DNA of 60,854 nucleotides, from NCBI GenBank assembly GCA_001770205.1, contig MEQL01000004.1, positions 1 to 60,854 on the forward strand, read 5' to 3'. How positions within the stretch are numbered: the stretch's first letter is position 1; each line of letters opens with the position of its first letter. The DNA comes from Bdellovibrionales bacterium RIFOXYD12_FULL_39_22 (GTDB lineage: Bacteria; Bdellovibrionota; Bacteriovoracia; Bacteriovoracales; Bacteriovoracaceae). The translations under genes and the position numbers were made by a program. The notes beneath the pieces are model-generated. The model worked only from the letters and a program-made list of their open reading frames with translations. It had not been told where the DNA came from and made no database searches. This document shows, piece after piece, positions 38,340 through 46,506 of this stretch.

Positions 38340-38777
38340 ATGAATGAAATAAAAAACAGTGATAGTGATCGTCCAAGTTCTGCAAGCGGAGAAAAGGATA
38401 AGTCACTGAAGATAATGGTCATTGATGATTCGGACTTATCCCGTCGCTCCATAATTGAAAGCTTGGAAAGTGGTGGCTACAAAGTGGTAGGCGAGGCCAA
38501 CTCTGCCGCCCAGTCTATGCAAATTATTGGATCAGTTCCCTGTAATCTATTTATCATTGATGTCGTAATGCCAGAAGTTTCCGGAATTGATTTGGCAAAA
38601 AAACTAACGGAGCTTTTGCGAGATGCATACATAATACTTATGTCTTCACTTCATTCTGAAAATATTGTGATTGATTCGATTTCTGCCGGCGCCGTTGATT
38701 TTTTACCCAAGCCATTTTCTAAGGATCAATTACTGCAGGCAGTGGCGAAAGTTGAGGCCTTGATTTTGGAAAAATAA
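38340..38777 (+). CDS. single-domain CheY-like response regulator
   Basis: IMVIDDS, IDVVMPEVSG and AGAVDFLPKPF motifs. Confidence 0.9.
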   Translation: MNEIKNSDSDRPSSASGEKDKSLKIMVIDDSDLSRRSIIESLESGGYKVVGEANSAAQSMQIIGSVPCNLFIIDVVMPEVSGIDLAKKLTELLRDAYIILMSSLHSENIVIDSISAGAVDFLPKPFSKDQLLQAVAKVEALILEK

Positions 38778-38819
38778 TTTGCAAGTTATCAGAAAGTGAT
38801 TTTAAGAGGAGGAGTGTAT

Positions 38820-39224
38820 ATGTTTGTGGTCAAGTTCGTTTTATACTTTTTTGTTAGCTATTTAATTTTAAGTATTCCAATTGCTGATACTTGCCTTTTC
38901 AATTTTATGAGTACCCATACCCGACAGTACACAGATAATCTTTATGGAATCATACAAGAAAAAATTGATGAAGGAATTGTTTCTAGTAGAAGATTAGGAA
39001 TGAAGCTTTTCACCAACGCAACACCCAAAGGACGACTTGTCTTTGGCCCGAAGCTGCCGGCCGGATATTATCATGCGCAAGCAGAAGCTTCTGCTGCAGA
39101 ATCGTTTGAGGGAAGGGCAAAAGTAGAAAGCGAGGCGAGAGATGTCGCAGCAATCGAAGGGCAAGAAAATTACACAGTAGAAGAAGAAGAGTTATTAAAA
39201 CGTCTACTAAAAAGGCCTGATTAA
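38820..39224 (+). CDS. hypothetical membrane-anchored protein
   Basis: GGAGGAG RBS before ATG 38820; N-terminal TM segment. Confidence 0.65.
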   Translation: MFVVKFVLYFFVSYLILSIPIADTCLFNFMSTHTRQYTDNLYGIIQEKIDEGIVSSRRLGMKLFTNATPKGRLVFGPKLPAGYYHAQAEASAAESFEGRAKVESEARDVAAIEGQENYTVEEEELLKRLLKRPD

Positions 39225-39240
39225 TTTTTTGTCAGGCCTT
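39212..39240. terminator. hairpin between convergent genes
   Basis: AAGGCCTGA...TCAGGCCTT 9-bp inverted repeat. Confidence 0.5.
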
Positions 39241-39254
39241 GTCAACGTTTGTTA

Positions 39255-39452
39255 CTATTTTTTGTTTGCTCCGCCCTCACTCTCTTTCAATTCGGCAGGT
39301 AGTTCCTTCTCTCTGGTTTCACCATCTTTGGCTATGCACGCAACGGTTGATCCCAATTGCTCACCGGCTTTTCTTTCTTTTTTTTCTGCTGCAATAGATG
39401 TTGATGTAACAAGAAGCAGTAATGAAAGAGCGGTTAGTGTTAATTTTTTCAT
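39255..39452 (-). CDS. small exported protein (65 aa)
   Basis: AGGAGGG RBS; MKKLTLTALSLLLLVTSTSIAA signal peptide; charged low-complexity mature peptide with one Cys. Confidence 0.75.
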   Translation of the reverse strand: MKKLTLTALSLLLLVTSTSIAAEKKERKAGEQLGSTVACIAKDGETREKELPAELKESEGGANKK

Positions 39453-39488
39453 ATAAGTCCCTCCTATTTGTTTCCTTATCCAACAATC

Positions 39489-39504
39489 TGCACAATGCTT
39501 GCCA
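39489..39504 (-). promoter_or_regulatory. putative sigma54 (-24/-12) promoter
   Basis: TGGCAAGCATTGTGCA (GG-N10-GC) ending 36 nt before ATG 39452. Confidence 0.45.
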
Positions 39505-39600
39505 ACTGGACCGGGCCTAGTATCGTGCAGATTACAAATAGTTGGCCAGTATAAAGGGGTAAATAGAGAGTGGATTAACAGAGATGGGTGTATAAAATAT

Positions 39601-39628
39601 AGCAGGTGTAAAAAGATTTTACACCTGC
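39601..39628. terminator. 12-bp hairpin downstream of the adhesin gene
   Basis: AGCAGGTGTAAA-AAGA-TTTACACCTGCT. Confidence 0.65.
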
Positions 39629-39695
39629 TGGTCTCTGTAACAATCAATGCGTCTGAAGAATATTTGTCTTGCGTAAAAGAGAAGCGCGCGACAAT

Positions 39696-42600
39696 CTAGG
39701 GCTGATAATCGCGAACGCATCGTATGTAATAGGAACCATCTATTCCGCGGGCAGAACCATCATAAGAGCAACTAGGATAACCTGTTATAGGGTGGACTTG
39801 GTATTCAACGTTTCCGGGATATACATTAGGGCTTGCTACGGTACTTGTCCAAATACTTTTGTTGGTTGAAAATCCAAGGGCGGTATAAGTTCCTACTCCC
39901 CCCAGCTGACATATGGCAGTCGCTTCCGTTAAAGTTGGGAAGCGCCATCCGGTTTTTCCATTAATTGCAGTGTCACAGTCGTTAAATCCAACTATCCCGG
40001 GTGTGGGATCTGCATAAATATTTGTCTCTGGGGCCGTTAACGAATATAGGGTAGTCCAGGTTCCTCCGGCCTGATAAGTTTTGGTAACGACAAGGCCTTC
40101 GGCAATCTTATACCCACCACTGCAATCTTTTCCAATGGGATCGCTGGGAATGCATTCTGCGTAAGGAGTAGTTGCACTAACAACTACTCCGGTACTTGTT
40201 TCTCCGGTATCATTGTCCTTCCAGCAAATTCTAAAATAGTATGCCGTTGAACCAGACAATCTAAGAAAATCATAATCAATTGTCGAGGCCGGTACGAGAG
40301 TTCCCCCAGTGCAGGAAGCAGGAGGCGCCGAGCCAATAGCAGAGGAGATAAGATAACTGTCTTCACTTCCGAGAGTAGAGGAATCCCAGGCCAGACTTAT
40401 ATCGTTGGCCGTTGGAGCATTAATTTGAGCGGCCAAATTCTCTACTTCACCTAGTACATTGAAGGTAACAGTATGAGAAGTGTCTACACGATACGAATTA
40501 AAGGCAATTGGAGTGTCAGACATGTTTAAAATAACTTCTCCTGGATCGGTGACGTTAATGGTTATACTTCCAATACCGCCAGTAAAATGAACAGCGCCAA
40601 GGCCTGTAATGTTTAGAGAGGTTGAACTTTGTTCAATAACGATGTCGCCTGTAAAAGCACTATAAAGATTTCCATCTAAATCAAGCGCACGCAATTCCAA
40701 TGTTACATTGCCGTAAATTGGGCCAGCGACTGGTTGAAATTCAACTCGGTCAATGGGGATGGTCGTAGAGTAAGGCCTTACACATCGTACGTAGTTAGAG
40801 GTGGTGTAGTAGGTCTCTCCAATGGTGATTGTGCTTCCATTAAGATATCCGTTGCGATAATAATTAGTTCGCGTTAGGCGGTTGGCCCAATATTTATATG
40901 AAGTACTGTTAACTAGTAAGCCGATTCCCCCTGAAATTCCCAGATGAGCATTAAACATTGCACTTAACTCTGCATCAGTAGTCATTATTCTCCAATCACT
41001 TCGTCCCTGTGTTGTATCAATGTAGTTATCGCAAGTTGTTACGGCATTAGTGCGACTTTGATAAATGGAGTTGCTTTGAATGTCTATTACTAGTTTGGGT
41101 GCTGTGCCAGTAGATGCTCCTGAAATTTTTCTTCCTCCTCCACAGTATGTTCCCAAGGCGTCAGCATCAGTACATTCATCTTGCTCCATGAATGCTATAT
41201 CTTTGGTATCAGAACTATTTAGTGCTCGTTCTGTGGCAGTTTCTAGGCCGTTTGCTAAAGAAAGATTAACCACTTCTATAATTGCATCAGTGATAACGAG
41301 ACTTCCACTTCCGGCGCTAAGGGTAATGGTTCCTTCGCCAGAGGCAAACCCGTCAGTAACGAGAGTAACAGTTCCTGCAAAGCTGGTATCTTTTACGCCG
41401 GCAGCACTTTGCGCTTCAACAGAGATGGTGGCGTTTTGTGTTACGAATACGTCAGTAGGATTAAGAATAACAATTTTGCTGGCAAAAACCACATTAAAGG
41501 TTGAACTGGGGGCGGAGGTGCTTATGGCCGGAGACAAACAAGAGGCAGATAATGCATATCCTGCACCGGCAGTTTGAATATTAACATTAAAGTTTGCTAC
41601 ACCACCAACTGCGGTAACGGTTGTGCCGGTAGAACCGCTTGAGAGGGCGACGGACGAAGAGAGAGTGACTGCTCCAGCAAAGGATGTATCGAGCATATCC
41701 AGATCATTTCTTGCCTCTATACGGACTGAAAAATTAACTCCCTTTTCTACATATCCGCTAGGGACAGTGGTAAAAACTAAGTGAGTTGCTGGTGCTGCCA
41801 AAATATCGAATGAGTCAGAAACATTACTTTCTACTGCCCCAATTATTGGCAAAAGAGCAGAGGCCTTTACTGTGTAATTAGTGGCCGGAATATTAACGAT
41901 AAAATTAGAGAAGGAGGCGCGGCCATCAGTGGTGGATATTTGATAATTGGAGTAGTCATTTGGAAGAGAAAGGCCAGCACTATCGTTAACAAAGGCCAGT
42001 GTAACTTCTATAGCATCATGACTTTCGACTCTGTTTCCGCCTTCATCTTGAATTTCTATGATGAGTGGTTGTGTCATGCTGTCACCCATTTCAGTACTGG
42101 CCGATGGTTGTTGATATATGGCCAAATGATGAGGGTTGCCGTAGTCAATATTGAACGACTCAGAACTTCCAGATATGGCCACAGAATTTACCGTGGCACT
42201 GGCGACGAGTTGATAACCAATGCCTTTTTTATCAAGTGAAATATTAGAGATAGTAGCGACACCGGAAGCTGTTAGAGCTGAAGGTGTTAGTGGAGAGAGT
42301 GTTGCACCTGCCAAATTATTAGTCAGAATAAGTTCAACGCTATCTCCACTGGAAGCTGCAACAATATTTTCAAATTCATCACGAATTTCTACTCCGATAC
42401 TGAAGTTGTCCATTGCCTTAGCGTTAACACCGGTAGGAGGACTTTGCGTAAAAGTTATATGATGAGGAGCTGCCGCCACGACATTAAAGGATGCTGTTGT
42501 TTGGGCAGAAACAATTGCTCCCGAATTATAGCTTGCCTGTAATTTATATCCGACATCAGCTTTTTGAATTATAAAATTTTCAAACACGACAATATGACTG

Positions 42601-43061
42601 GTTCCATCCATAATTATTTGAGTGGTGCCGGATGGTTGTGCTTCATTGGCGTGAACCAACTGTAGATCAATAGTTGTCCCCATTAATGAGGCCAAATCAG
42701 CAGGATTATCATTAGCATCTAGAATACTGACGCTGATAGAGGCAATCGCCACACCCGCGGAAGCAGCAGAAAGCTGAAGTAGAGGTTCACTGATTATTAC
42801 TTTGGCCGGGATGGGAATTGGAGTTGCTGTTGCTGTCGCTGTTGGATCAGCTGAGGCAACGGCGGGAGCTTCTGCGGGCAGCTCGGAAATAATTGGGTAG
42901 GCCGCTGGTGGAGCATCAACAATTTGAACGGAAGAGCGCTCCTGCTTGTCTCTGCGCATAGTGGTGGCCTCGGAATTACAGCCTGCCTGTAAAACGGCCA
43001 GAAGTATGGCAGATAGTAAAAAATAGACGTCGATTTTTTTAGTAAAGTTGAAGTGTAACAT
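39696..43061 (-). CDS. 1121-aa lipoprotein adhesin-like protein: Ig-like repeats, FN3-like domain, two DUF1566/C-type-lectin-like domains
   Basis: Lipobox LQAGC; repeated PHH(I/L)...VEIRD..N units; ISLAWD..YYFRIC FN3-like segment; two domains with W(R)..T..E and YVRCVR / YIRCVR endings. Confidence 0.75.
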   Translation of the reverse strand: MLHFNFTKKIDVYFLLSAILLAVLQAGCNSEATTMRRDKQERSSVQIVDAPPAAYPIISELPAEAPAVASADPTATATATPIPIPAKVIISEPLLQLSAASAGVAIASISVSILDANDNPADLASLMGTTIDLQLVHANEAQPSGTTQIIMDGTSHIVVFENFIIQKADVGYKLQASYNSGAIVSAQTTASFNVVAAAPHHITFTQSPPTGVNAKAMDNFSIGVEIRDEFENIVAASSGDSVELILTNNLAGATLSPLTPSALTASGVATISNISLDKKGIGYQLVASATVNSVAISGSSESFNIDYGNPHHLAIYQQPSASTEMGDSMTQPLIIEIQDEGGNRVESHDAIEVTLAFVNDSAGLSLPNDYSNYQISTTDGRASFSNFIVNIPATNYTVKASALLPIIGAVESNVSDSFDILAAPATHLVFTTVPSGYVEKGVNFSVRIEARNDLDMLDTSFAGAVTLSSSVALSSGSTGTTVTAVGGVANFNVNIQTAGAGYALSASCLSPAISTSAPSSTFNVVFASKIVILNPTDVFVTQNATISVEAQSAAGVKDTSFAGTVTLVTDGFASGEGTITLSAGSGSLVITDAIIEVVNLSLANGLETATERALNSSDTKDIAFMEQDECTDADALGTYCGGGRKISGASTGTAPKLVIDIQSNSIYQSRTNAVTTCDNYIDTTQGRSDWRIMTTDAELSAMFNAHLGISGGIGLLVNSTSYKYWANRLTRTNYYRNGYLNGSTITIGETYYTTSNYVRCVRPYSTTIPIDRVEFQPVAGPIYGNVTLELRALDLDGNLYSAFTGDIVIEQSSTSLNITGLGAVHFTGGIGSITINVTDPGEVILNMSDTPIAFNSYRVDTSHTVTFNVLGEVENLAAQINAPTANDISLAWDSSTLGSEDSYLISSAIGSAPPASCTGGTLVPASTIDYDFLRLSGSTAYYFRICWKDNDTGETSTGVVVSATTPYAECIPSDPIGKDCSGGYKIAEGLVVTKTYQAGGTWTTLYSLTAPETNIYADPTPGIVGFNDCDTAINGKTGWRFPTLTEATAICQLGGVGTYTALGFSTNKSIWTSTVASPNVYPGNVEYQVHPITGYPSCSYDGSARGIDGSYYIRCVRDYQP

Positions 43062-43266
43062 ACGTGCCTCTCTTCTTTTTACTTATTGTTGGTTGCTCAC
43101 AAACGAGCATCGTTACCTCTATTCTATTTCGTAACGTAACTTAATCAACTACTCAATTGGGGGGGAACTATTTTTTTGTATATTTCTTCTAAAAGCAAGG
43201 TATTACGTCCTAAAATTTTGATTTATATCATCATTTCTTGTTAATAAAAATCATTTCAGCAATATC

Positions 43267-43292
43267 AAAAAAGTGCCCAGCAAGCTGGGCAC
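43267..43292 (-). terminator. intrinsic terminator
   Basis: GTGCCCAGC-TT-GCTGGGCAC followed by T6 on the minus strand. Confidence 0.8.
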
Positions 43293-43350
43293 CAATTACT
43301 TTATTATCTAATAATTTATTTGGCCTACCGCTAGGAATAAGGAATTGGCC

Positions 43351-43680
43351 CTATTTCGTGCTTGCCGCAGGATCCGCAGTTTGGGCAGCACCTTCAATAG
43401 GTGTTGTTTTTCCGCCACCTTCAGTTACGTCAGAACAACCCTCTGTTTCACCTTGTCCGATACGGGTAGTAGCAACAGTACAGCAGGGGTCATAGCAAGC
43501 AATCTTTTTAGCGTCCGCAGCTTCGCATTTTTCACGAGCACCCTCCTCTGAAGCTTGCTTTCCAAAAGAAGCTTCACACTTACTTTTATCACATGTTTCA
43601 TCAGCGGCCTGAACTGTGGTGGCAAAAAGAAAGAGTATGGATGTGGCGCAAATCGCTAGCAATAATTTCATAATCCTCAT
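43351..43680 (-). CDS. small exported Cys-containing protein, positional equivalent of Bdellovibrio Hit (Bd0108)
   Basis: AGGAG RBS; signal peptide ending VQA; 7 Cys in the mature part; disordered T/G/A tail; directly downstream of the RHS gene. Confidence 0.7.
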   Translation of the reverse strand: MRIMKLLLAICATSILFLFATTVQAADETCDKSKCEASFGKQASEEGAREKCEAADAKKIACYDPCCTVATTRIGQGETEGCSDVTEGGGKTTPIEGAAQTADPAASTK

Positions 43681-43737
43681 AAACAATCTCCTATAGGTGG
43701 TTAGTGTTAACCATAAGTTTTTTTAATCAATTGTCCT

Positions 43738-45384
43738 CTACATATTTAAATTAACTCCGGCCGGTTTTACGATAGAAAGAAGCGACTGGAAGGCCTGGGT
43801 AACTTCAAGGGCCATTTTATGTCCAGATTGTGGTTCAACTTTCTTAATTTCACCGTAGTTATCGTAGACGACATTTATTTTTCCAACGTTGTCCATGGAA
43901 ATTTCTACTGGTTTTCCAAGAGCGTTATAAATGAAGCTGAGAGAGCGCTTTTTGCCAGTTGATTTTTCATGATCAACCATTTTGGTTATTCTGCCCTGAC
44001 TATCATAGATTAACAAAACGGCCTTACCAGCACCATTTTCTGCTTTGTACAAATTGCCATTTTTATCATACTCAAAATTCGTCCATCCGTCGTTGTTTAC
44101 GACGCGAGTTATTTTGTTAAATGTCTCATGATAAGTTAGTGCTACAAATTCTCCCTTGGTAGAACTTTTTTTAACTAGAAGGCCTTTATCGTTGTACTCA
44201 AAATTGGTAACATGCTTACCTCGAGTGATTTTAAGTGGAAGTGAGCAGCACTCGGAATAGATCGTTTCAGTCTCAAATCCTGGTTGGCCAGTAACAATAC
44301 GATAGGTGTATTGTGAGCCATCAGGGCGTACTTTCATCTCATATTCATATTTGTTGGTAGAGTCATTTTCAATTTTGCCATCTTTGCCAACCTTGCTGAC
44401 TTCTGTCCAGTAGTGCAACTGTGGATTTTGGGGATTTGATCCATAACTATACTTAGTTTTTTCTCCAGTTCTAGTAGTTATTTCTGAAACAAATTGCATT
44501 TTGCGATCATACGCAATTTCCAAAGTGCTTAAATTGGAGTAGGTAATCTTGGTCATGTTATGATTGCTGTCGTACTGGTATTTATAGACGTTGTCCTCAA
44601 CATCTAGGGATTCAACTAAATTATCTCCATCATATTTGTAGACAGTTTTTTTGTCGCCGGCCGACCAAATGTTTTTAACTTTAGAATCAGGATACCATTC
44701 AAAAAATAACTGTTTTCCTTGTGAGTCTTTTATGCTCTCTAGTGTGTTGCCCTTGTTGTAGTTTAGAGTAACAGAGTATCCATTCTTATCACTGACCTTG
44801 ATTAACTTACCACTAAGGTTAAAATTTTCAGACCTGCCGTCACTATAGGAACGCACAAAACCATCGGCATGTTTTTTTACTGTCTGAATACCTCGAACAT
44901 TAGAATAAAGGATGGTTCCGTCTGCAAACTCAGATTTTACTTTATACTTCTGAGCATAGGTTCGACGTAACACCTCATCACCTTTTAGTTTCTTCATTAA
45001 ATCCTGGGCAACATTTTCAGAAAGTTCTGACGTTTTCCTCATGGCGTCTACAATTTTTTTAGCAGCATCTTCGACGTTGATACTTTCTTTGCTGGTGAAA
45101 CGAGTCTGAGCACCGGAACCATTTTCATAAATAACGATCGATCCGTCGGGGCCAACATTTAAAAAAGTTTCATAATCACTTCCCCAACCAACACCAAACC
45201 ATCCCTTATCGGCAGATTTGGAATTGTAGGTTCTCGTTATCTCCAAGTCGTGTCCACCACCAGGAACTTTGATGTCCGTGTAGGAGATGTAGAAGTTACC
45301 GTTTTTTAGATTAACTCCCGCCAAGGTTGAGGCCGAGACTAAAATTGCTAGAATGGGAATGATAAAAATTTTAAAATTGTTCAT
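43738..45384 (-). CDS. exported RHS/YD-repeat protein with DUF6531 (Bd0109-like)
   Basis: Signal peptide; VNLKNGNF..LEITRTYNS..GWFGVGW; many YD repeats; no toxin tip. Confidence 0.85.
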   Translation of the reverse strand: MNNFKIFIIPILAILVSASTLAGVNLKNGNFYISYTDIKVPGGGHDLEITRTYNSKSADKGWFGVGWGSDYETFLNVGPDGSIVIYENGSGAQTRFTSKESINVEDAAKKIVDAMRKTSELSENVAQDLMKKLKGDEVLRRTYAQKYKVKSEFADGTILYSNVRGIQTVKKHADGFVRSYSDGRSENFNLSGKLIKVSDKNGYSVTLNYNKGNTLESIKDSQGKQLFFEWYPDSKVKNIWSAGDKKTVYKYDGDNLVESLDVEDNVYKYQYDSNHNMTKITYSNLSTLEIAYDRKMQFVSEITTRTGEKTKYSYGSNPQNPQLHYWTEVSKVGKDGKIENDSTNKYEYEMKVRPDGSQYTYRIVTGQPGFETETIYSECCSLPLKITRGKHVTNFEYNDKGLLVKKSSTKGEFVALTYHETFNKITRVVNNDGWTNFEYDKNGNLYKAENGAGKAVLLIYDSQGRITKMVDHEKSTGKKRSLSFIYNALGKPVEISMDNVGKINVVYDNYGEIKKVEPQSGHKMALEVTQAFQSLLSIVKPAGVNLNM

Positions 45385-45495
45385 ACCTGACTTCCTTTTT
45401 TTATATATACCTAAAAATGATCCAGCTACTTTTTTCATAATTAAGACTTTCCTTCCATCTACTTTATATTTCACATCTTCCATCAGTCTTAACTC

Positions 45496-45522
45496 TTCTC
45501 GGATATTTTACTTCTCACTTTA
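45496..45522 (-). promoter_or_regulatory. putative sigma28-type promoter
   Basis: TAAAG-N14-TCCGAGAA upstream of the RHS gene. Confidence 0.5.
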
Positions 45523-45579
45523 ACTGTTTTTCCCAGTATTTTTCCAAGATCTTCTTTTTTGCGCAACACAACTTAATTA

Positions 45580-46488
45580 CTAAACTTTTATATTAACAAT
45601 TTTTAAAATAATTACCGCACCAAGAAGATCAAGAAATATAGCAACAAACAGAGCGACAATGCCCAAAGGATGAGTAAAAAGGAGCATGGTGGCCTCGGGG
45701 TCAGAAAAATAGTAGATGATTCCAATTAAAAGAGGCATACATAGAATAATTCCCCCCTGAAGTAATCCGTTGGCCACAAAGCTATCAATTTTTTGCTGGA
45801 GCCTGATACGCTCCCGAATAATTTCTACGATAGTATCAAATGTCTCTGCTAAATTACCACCTGTCTCGCGCAAAATATTTATACTGGAAATAAACATTCG
45901 ATTATCTTCCGTGGCCATCCGGGCGGCCAAATTCTCCAAACACTCTTCAAGTGGGGCGCCTAATTTATTTTGATGTAGTACTAGCGAGAATTCTTGTGAT
46001 AGAGGTGGGCCCATCTCATCTACCACCATTCCGATGGCCTGAGGCAGTGAAAGGCCGGCGCGAATTCCATTGGCCAAAAGAGTTAGGCCGTCAATCATCT
46101 GATTTTGATATTGTTTGATTCGTTTTTTTACCATGTAGTCAATAAAAGGACGAGGTATTTTCCAGCCAACGATAGAAAGAATTATACCTAAAAAAATTCC
46201 CGCCCACCAATGGCCCAATAATGTCATGATGCCAAGAGTGATAATACTTAATCCAAATGAAAGGAAGAGAAGCATTTGTGTGATTTTTTCTGCCTTGACC
46301 TCAATATGTAGCAATTCCAATTTCTCCACAATATAATTTCGTGTTCCAAAAGTTTGATTTTCAATCCATTCAAAAATCACGCGACTATATTTTAGGGCAT
46401 AAAAGAAGAACATCCCTCCAATAAAAAGAGTCAACATTATATTGGTAAAAAAATCTTCGTTGTCGTAGAGCTTGAGGAGATCAGGCAT
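45580..46488 (-). CDS. tadB: Tad pilus inner-membrane platform protein (T2SSF family)
   Basis: LANGIRAGLSLPQA and RETGGNLAE..IRER motifs, TM helices. Confidence 0.9.
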   Translation of the reverse strand: MPDLLKLYDNEDFFTNIMLTLFIGGMFFFYALKYSRVIFEWIENQTFGTRNYIVEKLELLHIEVKAEKITQMLLFLSFGLSIITLGIMTLLGHWWAGIFLGIILSIVGWKIPRPFIDYMVKKRIKQYQNQMIDGLTLLANGIRAGLSLPQAIGMVVDEMGPPLSQEFSLVLHQNKLGAPLEECLENLAARMATEDNRMFISSINILRETGGNLAETFDTIVEIIRERIRLQQKIDSFVANGLLQGGIILCMPLLIGIIYYFSDPEATMLLFTHPLGIVALFVAIFLDLLGAVIILKIVNIKV

Positions 46489-46506
46489 AATTATTTTTTA
46501 ACACTC

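Noticed and set aside
39453..39647. N-terminal extension of the 39255 ORF
   Set aside because: Strong RBS and signal peptide begin at ATG 39452; the extension spans hairpins and the candidate promoter
39480..43350. Complete diversity-generating retroelement
   Set aside because: No reverse transcriptase, no Avd gene and no template repeat seen; the two lectin-like domains are too divergent to be a TR/VR pair
43738..45384. Rhs polymorphic toxin with downstream immunity gene
   Set aside because: No PxxxxDPxG core end and no toxin tip; it has a signal peptide and Bd0109-like context
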